A stretch of 64,000 bases of DNA, taken from the human T2T-CHM13v2.0 reference genome, Homo sapiens. This document shows, one piece after another, positions 28,888 to 43,540 of the stretch. The stretch is from the NCBI RefSeq assembly GCF_009914755.1, contig NC_060948.1, one strand, 5' to 3'. The notes below the pieces were generated by a model that had not been told where the DNA came from, ran no database searches, and worked only from the letters and a program-made list of their open reading frames with translations. A program made the translations under genes and the position numbers. How positions within the stretch are numbered: position 1 is the first letter of the stretch; the number at the start of each line of letters is the position of its first letter.

Positions 28888-29046
28888 TCTCTCCCACTCT
28901 AGGTTCCCATGCCATCCCTAATCCTGCTCAAAGTAGCCCTGAGAAATATCACCCATTATCTCTCCATACCGCGCCCCAACATTTTCACCACCCTAACACT
29001 TTACCACTATTTTGTTATTTTTCTTATTAATATAAGAAGACAGGAA

Positions 29047-29864
<818 letters not shown>

Positions 29865-30689
29865 TCTTTCTTTAAGCCTCTTTTTGCTTTTATAGTATTT
29901 ATCAATAGATTTATACCCAAAAGTTAACTATTCTCTATTTTACTAAAAATCATGTCATGGAATGCTTCTTAATACTGTTTCCCTAATTTGCTTTTAGTAC
30001 TTATTGCTCATAAAAGCATTCCTGACTTTAATCACCTTTTTTTCCCATCTTCCGTAAATGGCTTACTTCACAATGTTTCCTTCCAAAATGACTTCAATAT
30101 CGCCTCTAACAGGATAACTTGTAAACCTAAATCTCTAGCCCTATCAATTTTTCTACGTACAAACCCACATTTGAACACAATTATTTGCTGCTATTGTTAC
30201 ATAATAGCCAATCTTACTTATCAATTGAAGTTGATCTTCTTGATCAATAATGCAAGGTGATACATTATGGGATTTGGGGGATAGGAGTATAAATGAAACA
30301 ATAAAACATTTCCAAAGACAAAGTACATTACCAGCTAATTTCAGTAATTTACATATTAGTTCATCTCTCTCCAATAAATATTACATTATTTTTTAAAAAA
30401 CACATGAGAGGGAATGCCTTATACTCTTTTGCAGCACTGTTGAGTCTATCATGATTTCAAAATTCAAAGTTGAAAAATGTTTACAGAGTAAGCGGATTAA
30501 AGACAGGGAAAAAATCCATTTAGAGTTCCTCTTATGCTCGGAAATTAAGTAATAGAACTATACACGTGTCACTACAGTTGGAAAAAGCTTTAGAGATGAT
30601 CTGGTCCAGACGAGGAAATTGAGACCAAGAGGGTTTTATTATCATTATATAAGTTCAAATGCCTCAGAATTGGTAGAAAAATCAGTTTC

Positions 30690-31041
<352 letters not shown>

Positions 31042-31500
31042 TAATAACAGATAATGATTGGCAATGTGTTTATACAAGTTAGAATCTGATAATTCAAATG
31101 ATGCCTTTATTTTAGTTTTTATTTTTTATGTATTGGAGCTAAAAATTTTATGAAAAGTTGGGATGGGTGATAATTAGCCAGACCCCATAACATCTAATTT
31201 TTTAGGGTATGCATCAGACAAATGGCACAGAGACCAAGGGGAAAGTAGAGAGGTCAGCACAGAGACTGGGTGGAAAAATAAAATTTTCAAGAAACTATAG
31301 ACAGTCCTGCTCTTGTTAGGAGTGTTCATCCTGAAACAAGTTCCCAAGTTAGGATGCCAGCAATTCTGAGCAATAAAGACACCATGTGGAAATTAAAACT
31401 CCTATAGATGGTGCATGTCCCAGAGGAAAACCACAAGGTTATCATAATTGACAGATCTTTAATTCTATCACTGTTGTTGCTAAAACTTTAGTGTGGCATT

Positions 31501-32413
<913 letters not shown>

Positions 32414-34210
32414 TATTTTTGAAAAATGTGTTGTTATATAATTTTCCGCTGCTTGAAAATATGCTCCAGTTGCCACTGAGTTAATGATTCTCTAGTTGCA
32501 TATTTCTCTGCTCCCAATTCCCTCAACCACATGATTCCACCAGTGAACACACTTAACCCAGCTTTATTAAAAATCTGTGATCATAGATGTGTGGTGTTAT
32601 TTCTGAGGCTTCTGTTCTGTTCCATTGGTCTCTATATTTGTTTTGGTATCAGTACCATGCTGTTTTGGTTACAGTACCCTTGTAGTATAATTTGAAGTCA
32701 GGTAGCATGATGCCTCCAGCTTTGTTCTTTTTGCTTAGGATTTTCTTGGCTATGTGGGCTCTTTTTTGGTTCCATATGAACTTTAAAGTAGTTTTTTCCA
32801 ATTCTGTGAAGAAAGCCCATGGTAGCTCGATGAGGGTAGCATTGAATCTATAAATTACTTTGGGCAATATGGCCATTTTCACGATATTGATTGTTCCTAT
32901 CCATGAATATGGAATGTTTTTCCATTTGTTTTCATCCTCTCTTATTTTCTCGAACAGTGGTTCGTAGTTCTCCTTGAAGAGGTCCTTCCCAACCCTTACA
33001 AGTTGGATTCCTAGGTATTTTATTCTCTGTAGAAATTGTGAATGGGAATTAACTCATGATTTGGCTCTCTGTTTGTTATTGATGTATAGGAGTGCTTGTG
33101 ATTTTTGCACATTGATGTTGTATCCTGAGACTTTCTGAAGTTGCTCATCAGCTTAAGGAGATTTTGGGCTGAGATGATGGGGTTTTCTAAACATACAATC
33201 ATGTCATCTGCAAACAGAGATAATTTGACTTCCTCTTTTCCTACTTGAATATGATTTATTTATTTCTTTTCCTGATTGCCCTAGCCAGAAGTTCCAATAC
33301 TATGTCAAATAGGAGTTGTGAGAGAGGGCATCCTTGTCGTGTGGGGGTTTGCAAAGGGAATCCTTCCAGTTTTTGCCCATTCAGTATGATATTGGCTGTG
33401 GGTTTGTCATAAACAGCTCTTATGATTTTGAGATACATTCCATTGATACCTAGTTTATTGAGAGCTTTTAGCATGAAGGGCTGTTGAATTTTTGTCAAAG
33501 GCCTTTTCCGCTTCTATTGAGATTATTATGCAGTTTTTGTCATTGGTTCTGTTTAGGTGACGAATTACATTTCTTGATTTGTGTATGTTGAACCAGCCTT
33601 ACATCCCAGAGATGAAGCTGACCTCATCATGATGAATATGCTTTTTGATATGCTCCTGGATTCAGTTTGCCAGTAGTTTATTAAGGATTTTTTGCATTAT
33701 TGTTCATCAGGGATTCTGGCCTGAAATTGTCTTTTTTTGTTGTGTCTCTGCCAGGTTTTAGTATCAGGATGATGCTGGCCTCATAAAATGAGTTAGGGAG
33801 GATGTCCTTTTTTCTATTGTTTGGAAAAGTTTCAGAAGGAATAGTACCAGCTCCTTTTTGTACCTCTGGTAGAATTCAGCTGTGAATCCGTCTGATCCTG
33901 GACTTTTTTTTTTTGATTGGTAGGCTATTAATTACTACCTCATTTTCAGATCTTGTTATTGGTCTATTCAGGGATTCAGCTTCTTCCTGGTTTAGACTTG
34001 GAAGGCTGCATGTGTCCAGGAATTTATCCAATTCTTGTAGATTTTCTAGTTTATTTGTGTAGAGGTGTTTATAGTATTCTCTGATTGTAGTTTGTATTTC
34101 TGTGGCATTAGTGGTGAGGATATCCCCTTTATCATTTTTTATTGTGTTTATTTGATTCCTGTCTCTTGTCTTCTTTATTAGTCTGGCTAGCAATGTATCT
34201 ATTTTTTTGA

Positions 34211-34372
<162 letters not shown>

Positions 34373-34848
34373 TGAATTAAAGACTTAAATGTAAGACCTA
34401 AAGGAATAAAAATCCTAAAAGAAAACCTAAGCAATACAGTTCAGGACATAGGCATGGGCAAAGGGTTTATGATTAAAACACCAAAACAATTGCAACAAAT
34501 GGGATCTAATTAAACTAAGGAATTCTGCACAGAAAAAGAAAACAATCATCAGAGTGAACAGGAAACCTAAAGAATGGGAGAATAATTCTGCAATCTATCC
34601 ACCTGACAAAAGGCTAATATCCAGAAACTACAAAGAACTTAAACAAATTTACAAGAAAAAAAAAAGACCCCATCAAAAAGTTGGCAAAACATATGAACAG
34701 ACTCTTCTCTAATGAAAACATTTACGCAACCAACAAACATTTGAAAGAAAGGTTATCATCACTGGCCATTAGAGAAATGCAAATCAAAACCACGATGAGA
34801 TACCATCTCATGCTAGTTAGAATGGCAATCATTAAAAAGTCAGAAAAT

Positions 34849-35700
34849 GGCCAGGTGTGGTGGCTCATGCCTGTAATCCCAGCACTTTGAGAGGCCTAGG
34901 CAGGTGTATCATGAGGTCAGGAGATTGAGACCATCCTGCCTAATGCAGTGAATGTAGGGAAGAGGCCCCCCAAAATCTGGCTATAAACGGGCCCCAAAAC
35001 TGGCCATAAACAAAATCTTTGCAGCACTCTGACATGCTCATGATGGTCATTACACTCATGCCAGAAGATTGTGGGTTTACTGGAATTAGGGCAAGGAACA
35101 CCTGGCCCACCCAGGGTGGAACACTGCTTAAAGACATTCTTAAACCAAAAACAATAGCATGAGCTATCTGTACCTTAAGGGCATGTTCCTGCTGCAGATA
35201 ACTAGCTAGACCCATCCCTTTATTTCAGCCCATCCCTTTGTTTCCCATAAGGGATACTTTTAGTTAATTGAATATCTATAGAAACAATGCTAATGACTGG
35301 CTTGCTGTTAATAAATACGTGGGTAAATCTCTGTTTGGGGCTCTCAGCTCTGAAGGCTGTGAGACTTCTGATTTCCCATGTTACACCTCTATATTTCTGT
35401 GTGTGTGTCTTTAATTCCTCTAGTGCTGCTAGGTTAGGGTCTCCCCAACCAAGCTGGCCTCTTCAGTGAAACCCCATCTCTACTAAAAATACAAAAAATT
35501 AGCTGGACATGGTTGCAGGCTCCTGTAGTCCTGTCTACTCGGGAGGCTGAGGCAGGGGAATGGTAAGCGGGATGGCGTATGGAACCTGGGGAATGGAACC
35601 TGGGTAATGGAACCTGGGAGGTGGAGCTTGCAGTGAGTCAAGATTGTGCCACTGCACTCCAGCCTGGGTGACAGCATGAGACTCCATCTCAAAAAAAAAA
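34849..35700 (+). mobile_element. AluY-like element inside L1, split by MER9
   Basis: ATCATGAGGTCAGGAGATTGAGACCATCCTG and GAGCTTGCAGTGAG; TSD AAAAAGTCAG(A/G)AAA at 34834-34847 and 35697-35710. Confidence 0.9.
34953..35465 (+). mobile_element. MER9 solo LTR (HERV-K9/HML-3)
   Basis: TG...CA, 513 bp; GGCCCCAAAACTGGCCATAAACAAAATC, AATAAATACGTGGGTAAATCTCTG; TSD GTGAA at 34948-34952 and 35466-35470. Confidence 0.9.
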
Positions 35701-36670
35701 AGTCAGGAAACAACAGATGCTGGAGAGCATGTGGAGAAATAGGAATGCTTTTACACTGTTGGTGGGAGTATAAATTAGTTCAATCATTGTGGAAGACGTG
35801 TGGTGATTCCTCAAGGATCTAGAACTAGAAATACCATTTGACCCAGCAATATCATTCCTGGGTATATACCCAAAGGATTATAAATCATTCTACTATAAAG
35901 ACACTATAAAGACACATGCACCCATATGTTTATTGCAGCACTCTTCACAATAGCAAAGATTTGGAACCAACCCAAATGTCCATCAATGATAGATTGGAGA
36001 AACAAAATGTGGCATATATACACCATGGAATACTACACAGCCACAAAAAATGATGAGTTCATGTCCTTTGCAGGGACATGGATGAAGCTGGAAACCATTG
36101 TTCTCAGCTAACTAACACAAGAACAGAAAACCAAACACTGCATGTTTTCACTCATAAGTGGAAGTTGAACAATGAGAACACATGGACACAGGGAAGGGAA
36201 CATCACACATAGGGGCCTGTTTTGGGGTTGGGAGCTAAGGGAAGGATAGTAGGTGACAGGTTGATGGGTGCAGCAAACTGCTGTGGCACATGTATAACTA
36301 CGTAAGAAAACTGCACATTCTGCACATGTACCCCAGAACTTAAAGTATAAAAAAAAACTACGGTCGTGGAGGCTGAGTTGACATTAAGTGCTTTGTAAAC
36401 ATTTTCCTTGAAAGGAGAACCCCTCACCTCAGAATGTCTGGAATCCATTCTTTAAGGGGAGCATTTCATGAGTGAAGTGACATATATGTCACTTTCATGG
36501 GAAGAGGGAAGATTCTGAAAATATTTCAAGAACATATTTAAATATTTAAACCACAGCAAATTGGTGTGGTTTTCTACTCTGCTGGAAGGACAAAGAGTCA
36601 TAGCTGACCCAAACAAAACAAAACAAAACAAAACAAAACCATACACGTGTGCATACAAAGAATCGTTCTT

Positions 36671-36961
36671 GGCTGGGCATGGTGGCTCATGCCTGTAATC
36701 CCAGAACTTTGGGTGGCCAAGGCAGGTGGATCACGAGGTCAGGAGATCGAGACCATCTTGGCTAACATGGTGAAAACCCATTCTACTAAAAATACAAAAA
36801 ATTAGCCTGATGTGGTGGTGGGTGCCTGTAGTCCCAGCTACTCAGGAGGCTGAGGCAGGAGAATGGCAGGAACCTGGGAGGCAACTCTTGCAGTGAACCA
36901 AGATCATGCCACTGCTCTTCAGCCTGGGTGACAGAGCGAGACTCTTTCTCAAAAAAAAAAA
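36671..36961 (+). mobile_element. AluY/Sc-like
   Basis: GATCACGAGGTCAGGAGATCGAGACCATC; TSD AAAGAATC(G/A)TT. Confidence 0.92.
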
Positions 36962-37898
36962 GAATCATTTTCTAGAAAAAATGCATTGCATATGCTAAAT
37001 CTTCTAGCATTGAAGAGAATACTTGCAAAGCCTGTACATTATTCCAGAGTTAACATCCATGACAGGGATTGAGTATCATGGTCCCTATCAAGTTAATTAC
37101 TAAAGGATGCTTAACAGCAGAGAGGGAGGGCCACAAATTACTCCTCATCTGCACCATCTGTCACAGGGAATCAATATTTTTATGATGATGACATATTCAC
37201 CATTAATGCATGGAATACTCTATACCAAAAACTTGTGCAATTATGTCTTTAATCACCATTCAAGATCATACTTATCCTAAATTGTGTTCCGTAGGCATTT
37301 CTCAGCCATCTCTCTCTTTTCTGTTGATCAAAGGCCAATGTGAGATAATTCCTAAAAGAACTCTAAAATCTCCAGGACATAACACCAGCATTGCTCAGAT
37401 CACATTGTCTTGTGATTTCCAGCTTAATTAGTTGTGTGTTCTCTACTCAATGAAGACTGAGAAGTGTTTGACCACAGGGATGTTGCATCACACATATTTG
37501 TGCTGATAATTACTTTATATAGAAATATATTCAGATATTTTTTCATACCCTGTGAATGCTCTTTCGCTCAGGGCTTAGAATGCATGAAGGCAAAGAATTC
37601 CACAGCTTCAAGAGATGGATGGACACTTACTTAGAAAAAAGCAACATTCTTCTGCTTTGACTCTTGAATTATTATCATGGTTTTTGGTTTGAACCCTTTT
37701 TAAGATGGTTGGCTTGAAAGCCAGCATTTGTAGAGGGAAAAAATGTAGAATATCTTTGTGTATATTGAGACAAATGTTCAGGGAACTGATCCATACATTT
37801 CTTTAATCTTTGAAACTTTTAAGAACTTTAGAGAAATTAACCATTTAAATTTGAGATAGTTTTAGATTCACACACAGTTGTAAGAAATAACACAGGGA

Positions 37899-38143
37899 TT
37901 TGGGAGGCCACAGCTGGTGGATTATTTGAAGTCAAGAGTTTGAGACAAACCTGGCCAAGGTGGTGAAACCACATCTCTACTAAAAACACAAAAAAATTAC
38001 CTGATTGTGATGGCAGGTTCCTGCAATCCCAGCTACTTGGGAGGCTGAGGCAGGAGAATCACTTGAGCCTGGGAGATGGGGTTGTGGTGAGCTGAGATCA
38101 TACCACTGCACTCCAGTCTGGGCAACAGAGTGAAACCCTGTCT

Positions 38144-38191
<48 letters not shown>

Positions 38192-38205
38192 AAGAAAAAG
38201 AAAAT
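37899..38205 (+). mobile_element. 5'-truncated AluS with a long A tail, inserted in an old L1 fragment
   Basis: Perfect 15-bp TSD GAAATAACACAGGGA (37884-37898 and 38206-38220); more than 40 nt of pure A. Confidence 0.9.
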
Positions 38206-38269
38206 GAAATAACACAGGGAGATCCCTTGTACTCTTTACTTTTCCCCCAGGGGTAATGTCTTGCAAAAC

Positions 38270-38895
38270 TGTTACCAAAAAGGAGTCTCAATCCAGACCC
38301 CCAAGAGAGGATTCTTGGATCTTGTGCAAGAAAGAATTCAAGACAAATCCATAAAATGACAGCAAGTTGATTAAGAAAGTGAAAGAATAAAAGAATGGGT
38401 ATTCCATAGGCGGAGCAGCCCCGAGGGCTGCTGGTTGGCTACTTTTATGGTTATTTCCTTATTATATGGTAAGCAAGGGGTGGATTATTCATGAGTTTTC
38501 TGGGAAAGGGGTGGGCAATTCCCAGAACTGAGGGTTTCTCCCCTTTTTAGACCATACAGGGTAACTTCCAGACGTTGCCATGGCATCTGTAAACTCTCGT
38601 GGTGCTAGTGGAAGTGGCTTTTAGCAGCTAATGCATTATAATTAGTGTATAATGAGCAGTGAGGACAATCAGAAGTCACTCTTGTCACCATCTTGGTTTT
38701 AGTGTGTTTTGGCTGGCTTCTTTACCACAAACTGTTTTATCAGCAAGGTCTTTATGACCTGTATCTTGTGCCGACCTCCTATCTCATCCTGTGATTAAGA
38801 AAGCCTAACCTGGGAATGCAGCCCAGCATGTCTCAGCATCGTGTTACCCAGCCCCTATTCAAGATAAAGTCACTCTGGTTTGAAGGGCTCTGATA
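38270..38895 (-). mobile_element. MER41 (MER41B-like) solo LTR
   Basis: The reverse complement starts TATCAGAGCCCTTCAAACCAGAGTGACTTTATCTTGAATAGGGGCTGGG; the other end is CCAGACCCCCAAGAGAGGATTCTTGGATC; 4-bp TSD AAAC. Confidence 0.88.
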
Positions 38896-39195
38896 AAACT
38901 ACAGTACAATCTCACACCAGGATATTGACCTCGGTACAGTCAAGGGACAGAACATTTCCATCACCACAAGATCTACCATGTTGTCCTTCCAATATAACCA
39001 CATACACTGCCATGCTTGATGACAGGCTTTAGGACCCAATGAATGAGGCAAAAAATCCCACTTCTCAGAGCCAGCTGAGCTCAGATAAATGTTTGCAAGA
39101 GATTGCTCCAACACTTGTGCTTATAGGGGATGGCATTGACTTTGGGTTTGATATCTGTCTTAGTTTGGGCTGCTACAACAAAAGGCCTTAGCCTA

Positions 39196-39556
39196 TAATA
39201 TGGTTTGGCTGTGTCCCCACCCAACTCTCATCTTGAATTGGAGCTCCCACAATTCCCAGGTGTCATGGGAAGGAGTCGGTGGGGCAGGAGGTAATTGAAT
39301 CATGTGGCTGGTTCTTTCCTGTGCTGTTCTCATGGTAGTGAATAAGTCTCACAACTTCTGATAGTTTTCTAAGGAGGAGTTTCCCTGTTCAATCTTACTT
39401 CTTGTCTGTGGCCAAGTAAGATATCCCTTGATCTTTCATCATGATTGTGAGGCCTCCTCAGCCATGTGGAGCTTTGAGTCAATTAAACCTCTTTCCTTCA
39501 TAAATTACCTAGTTTTGGGTATGCCTTTATTAGCAGCATGAGAGCAGACTAATACA
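39196..39556 (+). mobile_element. THE1 (MaLR) solo LTR
   Basis: TAATATGGTTTGGCTGTGTCCCCACCCAAC...CAGACTAATACA; TSD GCCT(A/G). Confidence 0.92.
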
Positions 39557-39813
39557 GCCTGAGTGGCTTACAAACAACAGGCATTTATTGCTCACAGCTC
39601 TGGAGGCTGGAAGTCCAAGGTCAAGGCATGGCAAATTTAGTGTCTGGTGAGGACTCACTCTCTGCTTCCAAGATTGTGCTTTCTTGCTGCATCTTTACAC
39701 TGTGGAAGGGAGTCTCTTTTATAAGGGCACTAATCCCATTCATAAGGCTGGAGTCCTCATGATTTAACCCTTTCTCGTAGGCTTCACCTTTCTGTACTAT
39801 CATATTGCAGATT

Positions 39814-40350
39814 TGTATTAGTCAGGATTCTCTAGAGGGACAGATAGATGTGGTTATGAAAGGAGTTTATTAAAAAGTGTTGACTTACATGATCACAAGG
39901 TGAAGTCCCACAAAAGGCCATCTGCAAGCGGAGGAGCAAAAGAGCCAGTTCGAGTCCCAAAACCCCCAAAAGTAGGTAGCCAATGGTGCAGCCTTGAGTC
40001 TGTTCCCAAAGGCCTGAAAGTGCCTGGCAAACCACTCGTGTAAGTCCAGGAGTCCAAAAGCTGAAGAACTTGGAGTCTGATGTTTGAGGGCAGGTAGCAT
40101 CCAGTACCATAGAAAGATGGAGGCTGGAAGACTCAGCCAGTCTAGTCTTTCCTTGTTCCTCTGCCTGCTTTTATTCCGGCTGTGCTGGCAGCTGATTAAA
40201 TTGTGCCCACCCAGATTGAGGGTGAGTCTGCTCTCCCAGTCCACTGACTCAAATATTAATCTCTTTTGGCGATGCCCTCACAGTCACACCCAGAACAATG
40301 GTTTGCATCCTTCAATCCAATCAAGTTGACACTCACTATTAACCATCACA
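39814..40350 (-). mobile_element. MLT2A (ERVL) solo LTR
   Basis: TGTATTAGTCAGGATTCTCTAGAGGGACAG...TCAAGTTGACACTCACTATTAACCATCACA; TSD (A/G)GATT. Confidence 0.92.
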
Positions 40351-40409
40351 GGATTCAATTGCAACATGTGCATTTGGAAGAGGACACAGACATTCAGACT
40401 GTAGCAATA

Positions 40410-41530
40410 TCACTGCAGGAATGTTCAATCGCTTCCTTTTCCCTTTATCAGTCAGAGAACAAGGGGATCTGGAAGGCTACAGAGCTTGACATGCAAGGCA
40501 GCAAAACACCCCCAAGGTACAACACACTCATGAGCTCCATTACCTTATGGGCCACAAGCCCTGTGGACCTAGAGCTGGTGGTGGTAGGCAGGTTATCATG
40601 AAGAGCTTGTCTTCCCTCTTAGATTCCATAATCAAGGCTTGGCTTACACCTCTTGGGTTGTGCAAGATGCAGCAGTGGAAATTAGCTGGGACCAGGGGTG
40701 TTCAATGTCTTTGGAGTAAGAGCTCCAGTCTTGAAGGGGTGGAGGGTGTGGGGGCCTCATATGTTCACTTGAATGTGGATCTGTTTGGTGAGTGGGATCT
40801 GCAGCAGCAGCAAACACAGAATGTGCAGGAGAAGCATGGATATGATGTCACCAAAGGGGCTGGCACCAACCATGTGCTTACGGATTCATTCTAAAGCCAC
40901 CTGCATGCTGGAGCCCTTTCTTTGGTGTGAATTGCTCATGTCTGGGGTATGTGCCTTAGGGCTGGCTCTGTCTTCAGGAATATCCCCACTCCACATTTAG
41001 CTTCTCTATGTATCCCTCAGGCTGCCACCATTCTCCATGTGACAGTTGTCACAGCCTGGGCCATGCCATTGCTTAGCTCATTTCTGGAGAAGTCAAATGA
41101 AAGCATTGGCCCTTCACTTTCATTCCTGAGGAGGACAGATGAATTTTAGTGCAGATTTTCTGATGCTCTAATAACTCAGAGATGTTCATGAATCAGCACA
41201 ACATTCCTACTGGAGAGGTTGCTTTGTATTTGAAGGATCACTTCTCAATTCAGTGACATTTTTCTTCGGGTCCATCCTGCATATTTGCAACAGGTCCGGC
41301 CCAGAGGGGAAATGGAAAGAAGTCAGGATCCAGAACAGTAAGGTCTGCAGATGTCTGGGCAGTTTGCTGGAACACAACTGGGGTTATATCTGCAAATGCT
41401 AGGTAAGAGCTATCCCTCTGGCCAAGCTCAACCAAAGTGCCTGAGCTTGGTCTCTCATGGTTCAGCACAGGTGCACATCCAAGCACTGGTAGAATGGTGA
41501 CGTTTTACCCCTTTTCCACCAATTCCTGGA
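40410..41530 (-). pseudogene. Unidentified, possibly decayed coding segment (candidate processed pseudogene or old ERV internal sequence)
   Basis: More GC-balanced than the flanks, resembles no repeat I recognise, and minus-strand frames give stop-interrupted protein-like stretches including hydrophobic segments. Confidence 0.25.
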
Positions 41531-41669
41531 ATTGGGATAATTCTAAGAATTTTTTATTCAAACATTGGGGCTTATACTCACCAATCTTTGTTTATCCTTC
41601 CTCCTACCCACATGCCCTTTCTAGCCTCTGACATCTGTCATATTGCTCTCTATCTCCATGGGGTCATTT

Positions 41670-41830
41670 TTTTTCTTTTCTTTCTTTCTCTTTTTCTTTC
41701 TTTCTTCTATTTTTTTTTTTTTTTTTTTTTTTGAGACAGGATCTTGCTCTGTCACCCAGGCTGGAGGGCAGTGGGATGATCACTGCTCACTGCAACCCTT
41801 CACTTCTCCAAGGCTTAGGTGATCCTCCCA
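41670..41830 (-). mobile_element. Alu right-arm fragment (J-like)
   Basis: T tail followed by GAGACAGGATCTTGCTCTGTCACCCAGGCTGGAG. Confidence 0.85.
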
Positions 41831-41911
41831 TGATGAGGTCAATTTTTAAAGCTACTACATAAGAGTAAAAACAAGAACCACCTGTCTTGCAGAGTGGGGT
41901 GACTATAGTTA

Positions 41912-42280
<369 letters not shown>

Positions 42281-42949
42281 AAAAATACTACACATGATGG
42301 ATACCCCAAATAATCCAATTTAATCATTATACATCAATTAAAAAAATCAAAAAAATTTGAACTTGGCTTTTCAAACATGAAAAACATGTGAGCCTTGAAC
42401 CCTTTTATTGACTTTGTTTCTTGTAACCTTGCAGAGCCCATCTACACACAGCAAAATATCTCACAATGAATTCCCATCCACAGCCTCAGCAATGGGCTGG
42501 TGTGTCCCCAGAGAATGTCAGCTGATTGGACAGCAGTCTGCAGGAGAAGGTGAATCCCCTAATTTGGAAGGAACTGAAGCATGAAAAGATGCTGAGATCA
42601 CAATGAAAACAGACAAAGTCTTCTGGGGATGAAATGTTAAAAAGGGGAGATGTGCAAGGAACACAGTTAGGAAGAATAAGTTCAGGAGATCTGTTATACA
42701 ACATGGGGATGATAGTTAATAACAATGCATGGTACATTTGGGGATTGCTAAAGGAACACCTTGTAAAGATTTCCACCCTTCCTCTTGAATGATAAGTATG
42801 AAATGTGACGGATATATTTCTTAGCTTGATGTAGCTGTTCCACCGTGTGTGCATATATCAAAACATCACGTTGTATCCCATAAATGTATATCGTTTAAAT
42901 TTGTTAATTAAAATAATAAATAATAAAGAACAATGGGATTTTTGAAATA

Positions 42950-43540
42950 ATCAAGTGTATTTGTAAATATATGGGTATATATGTATATGTACTTATGTAT
43001 TTGTAAATTACATGTATGTATACTTACATGAATATATCAGTATAAACACACATGTACATACATATGGACAAATACATATATGTGTATAATGTGTGTACAT
43101 ACATATTTATAAATATGCATGCAAATATATTTATATAAGTATATAAACATGTAAGTATTAACATATGTACATGTTTATGTGCAAATATACATGTGTAAAT
43201 ATGTATCTATGTAAACATATGTATTTCAGAATATATTGATACATTATCTTAAGTATATATACACATATACTTACAAATACTCATGTCTAAATGTGCAAAT
43301 ATATATGTATTTGTAAATATATGTATATACACTTATATAGCATATAAACATACAAGTATATATACCTATATACTTAGAAATACACATGTGTAGATACGTA
43401 CACATACCTATATACTTGTAAACATATGTATATATACTTAAATGATCATATAAACATATGACTATATATACACTTATGCACATATATATTTACAAATACA
43501 TGCGTGTGTCTGTGTATACATATTTGTGTGTACACACACC
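42950..43540. repeat. Degenerate (TATG/CATA)n low-complexity tract
   Basis: About 600 bp of alternating purine-pyrimidine TA/TG/CA sequence. Confidence 0.88.

Larger units (their letters stand above)
39155..40405 (-). mobile_element. MLT1-type MaLR LTR split by THE1 and MLT2A insertions
   Basis: TGTCTTAGTTTGGGCTGCTACAAC...; ACAACAGGCATTTATTGCTCACAGCTCTGGAGGCTGGAAGTCCAAG; ends GGACACAGACATTCAGACTGTAGCA. Confidence 0.82.
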
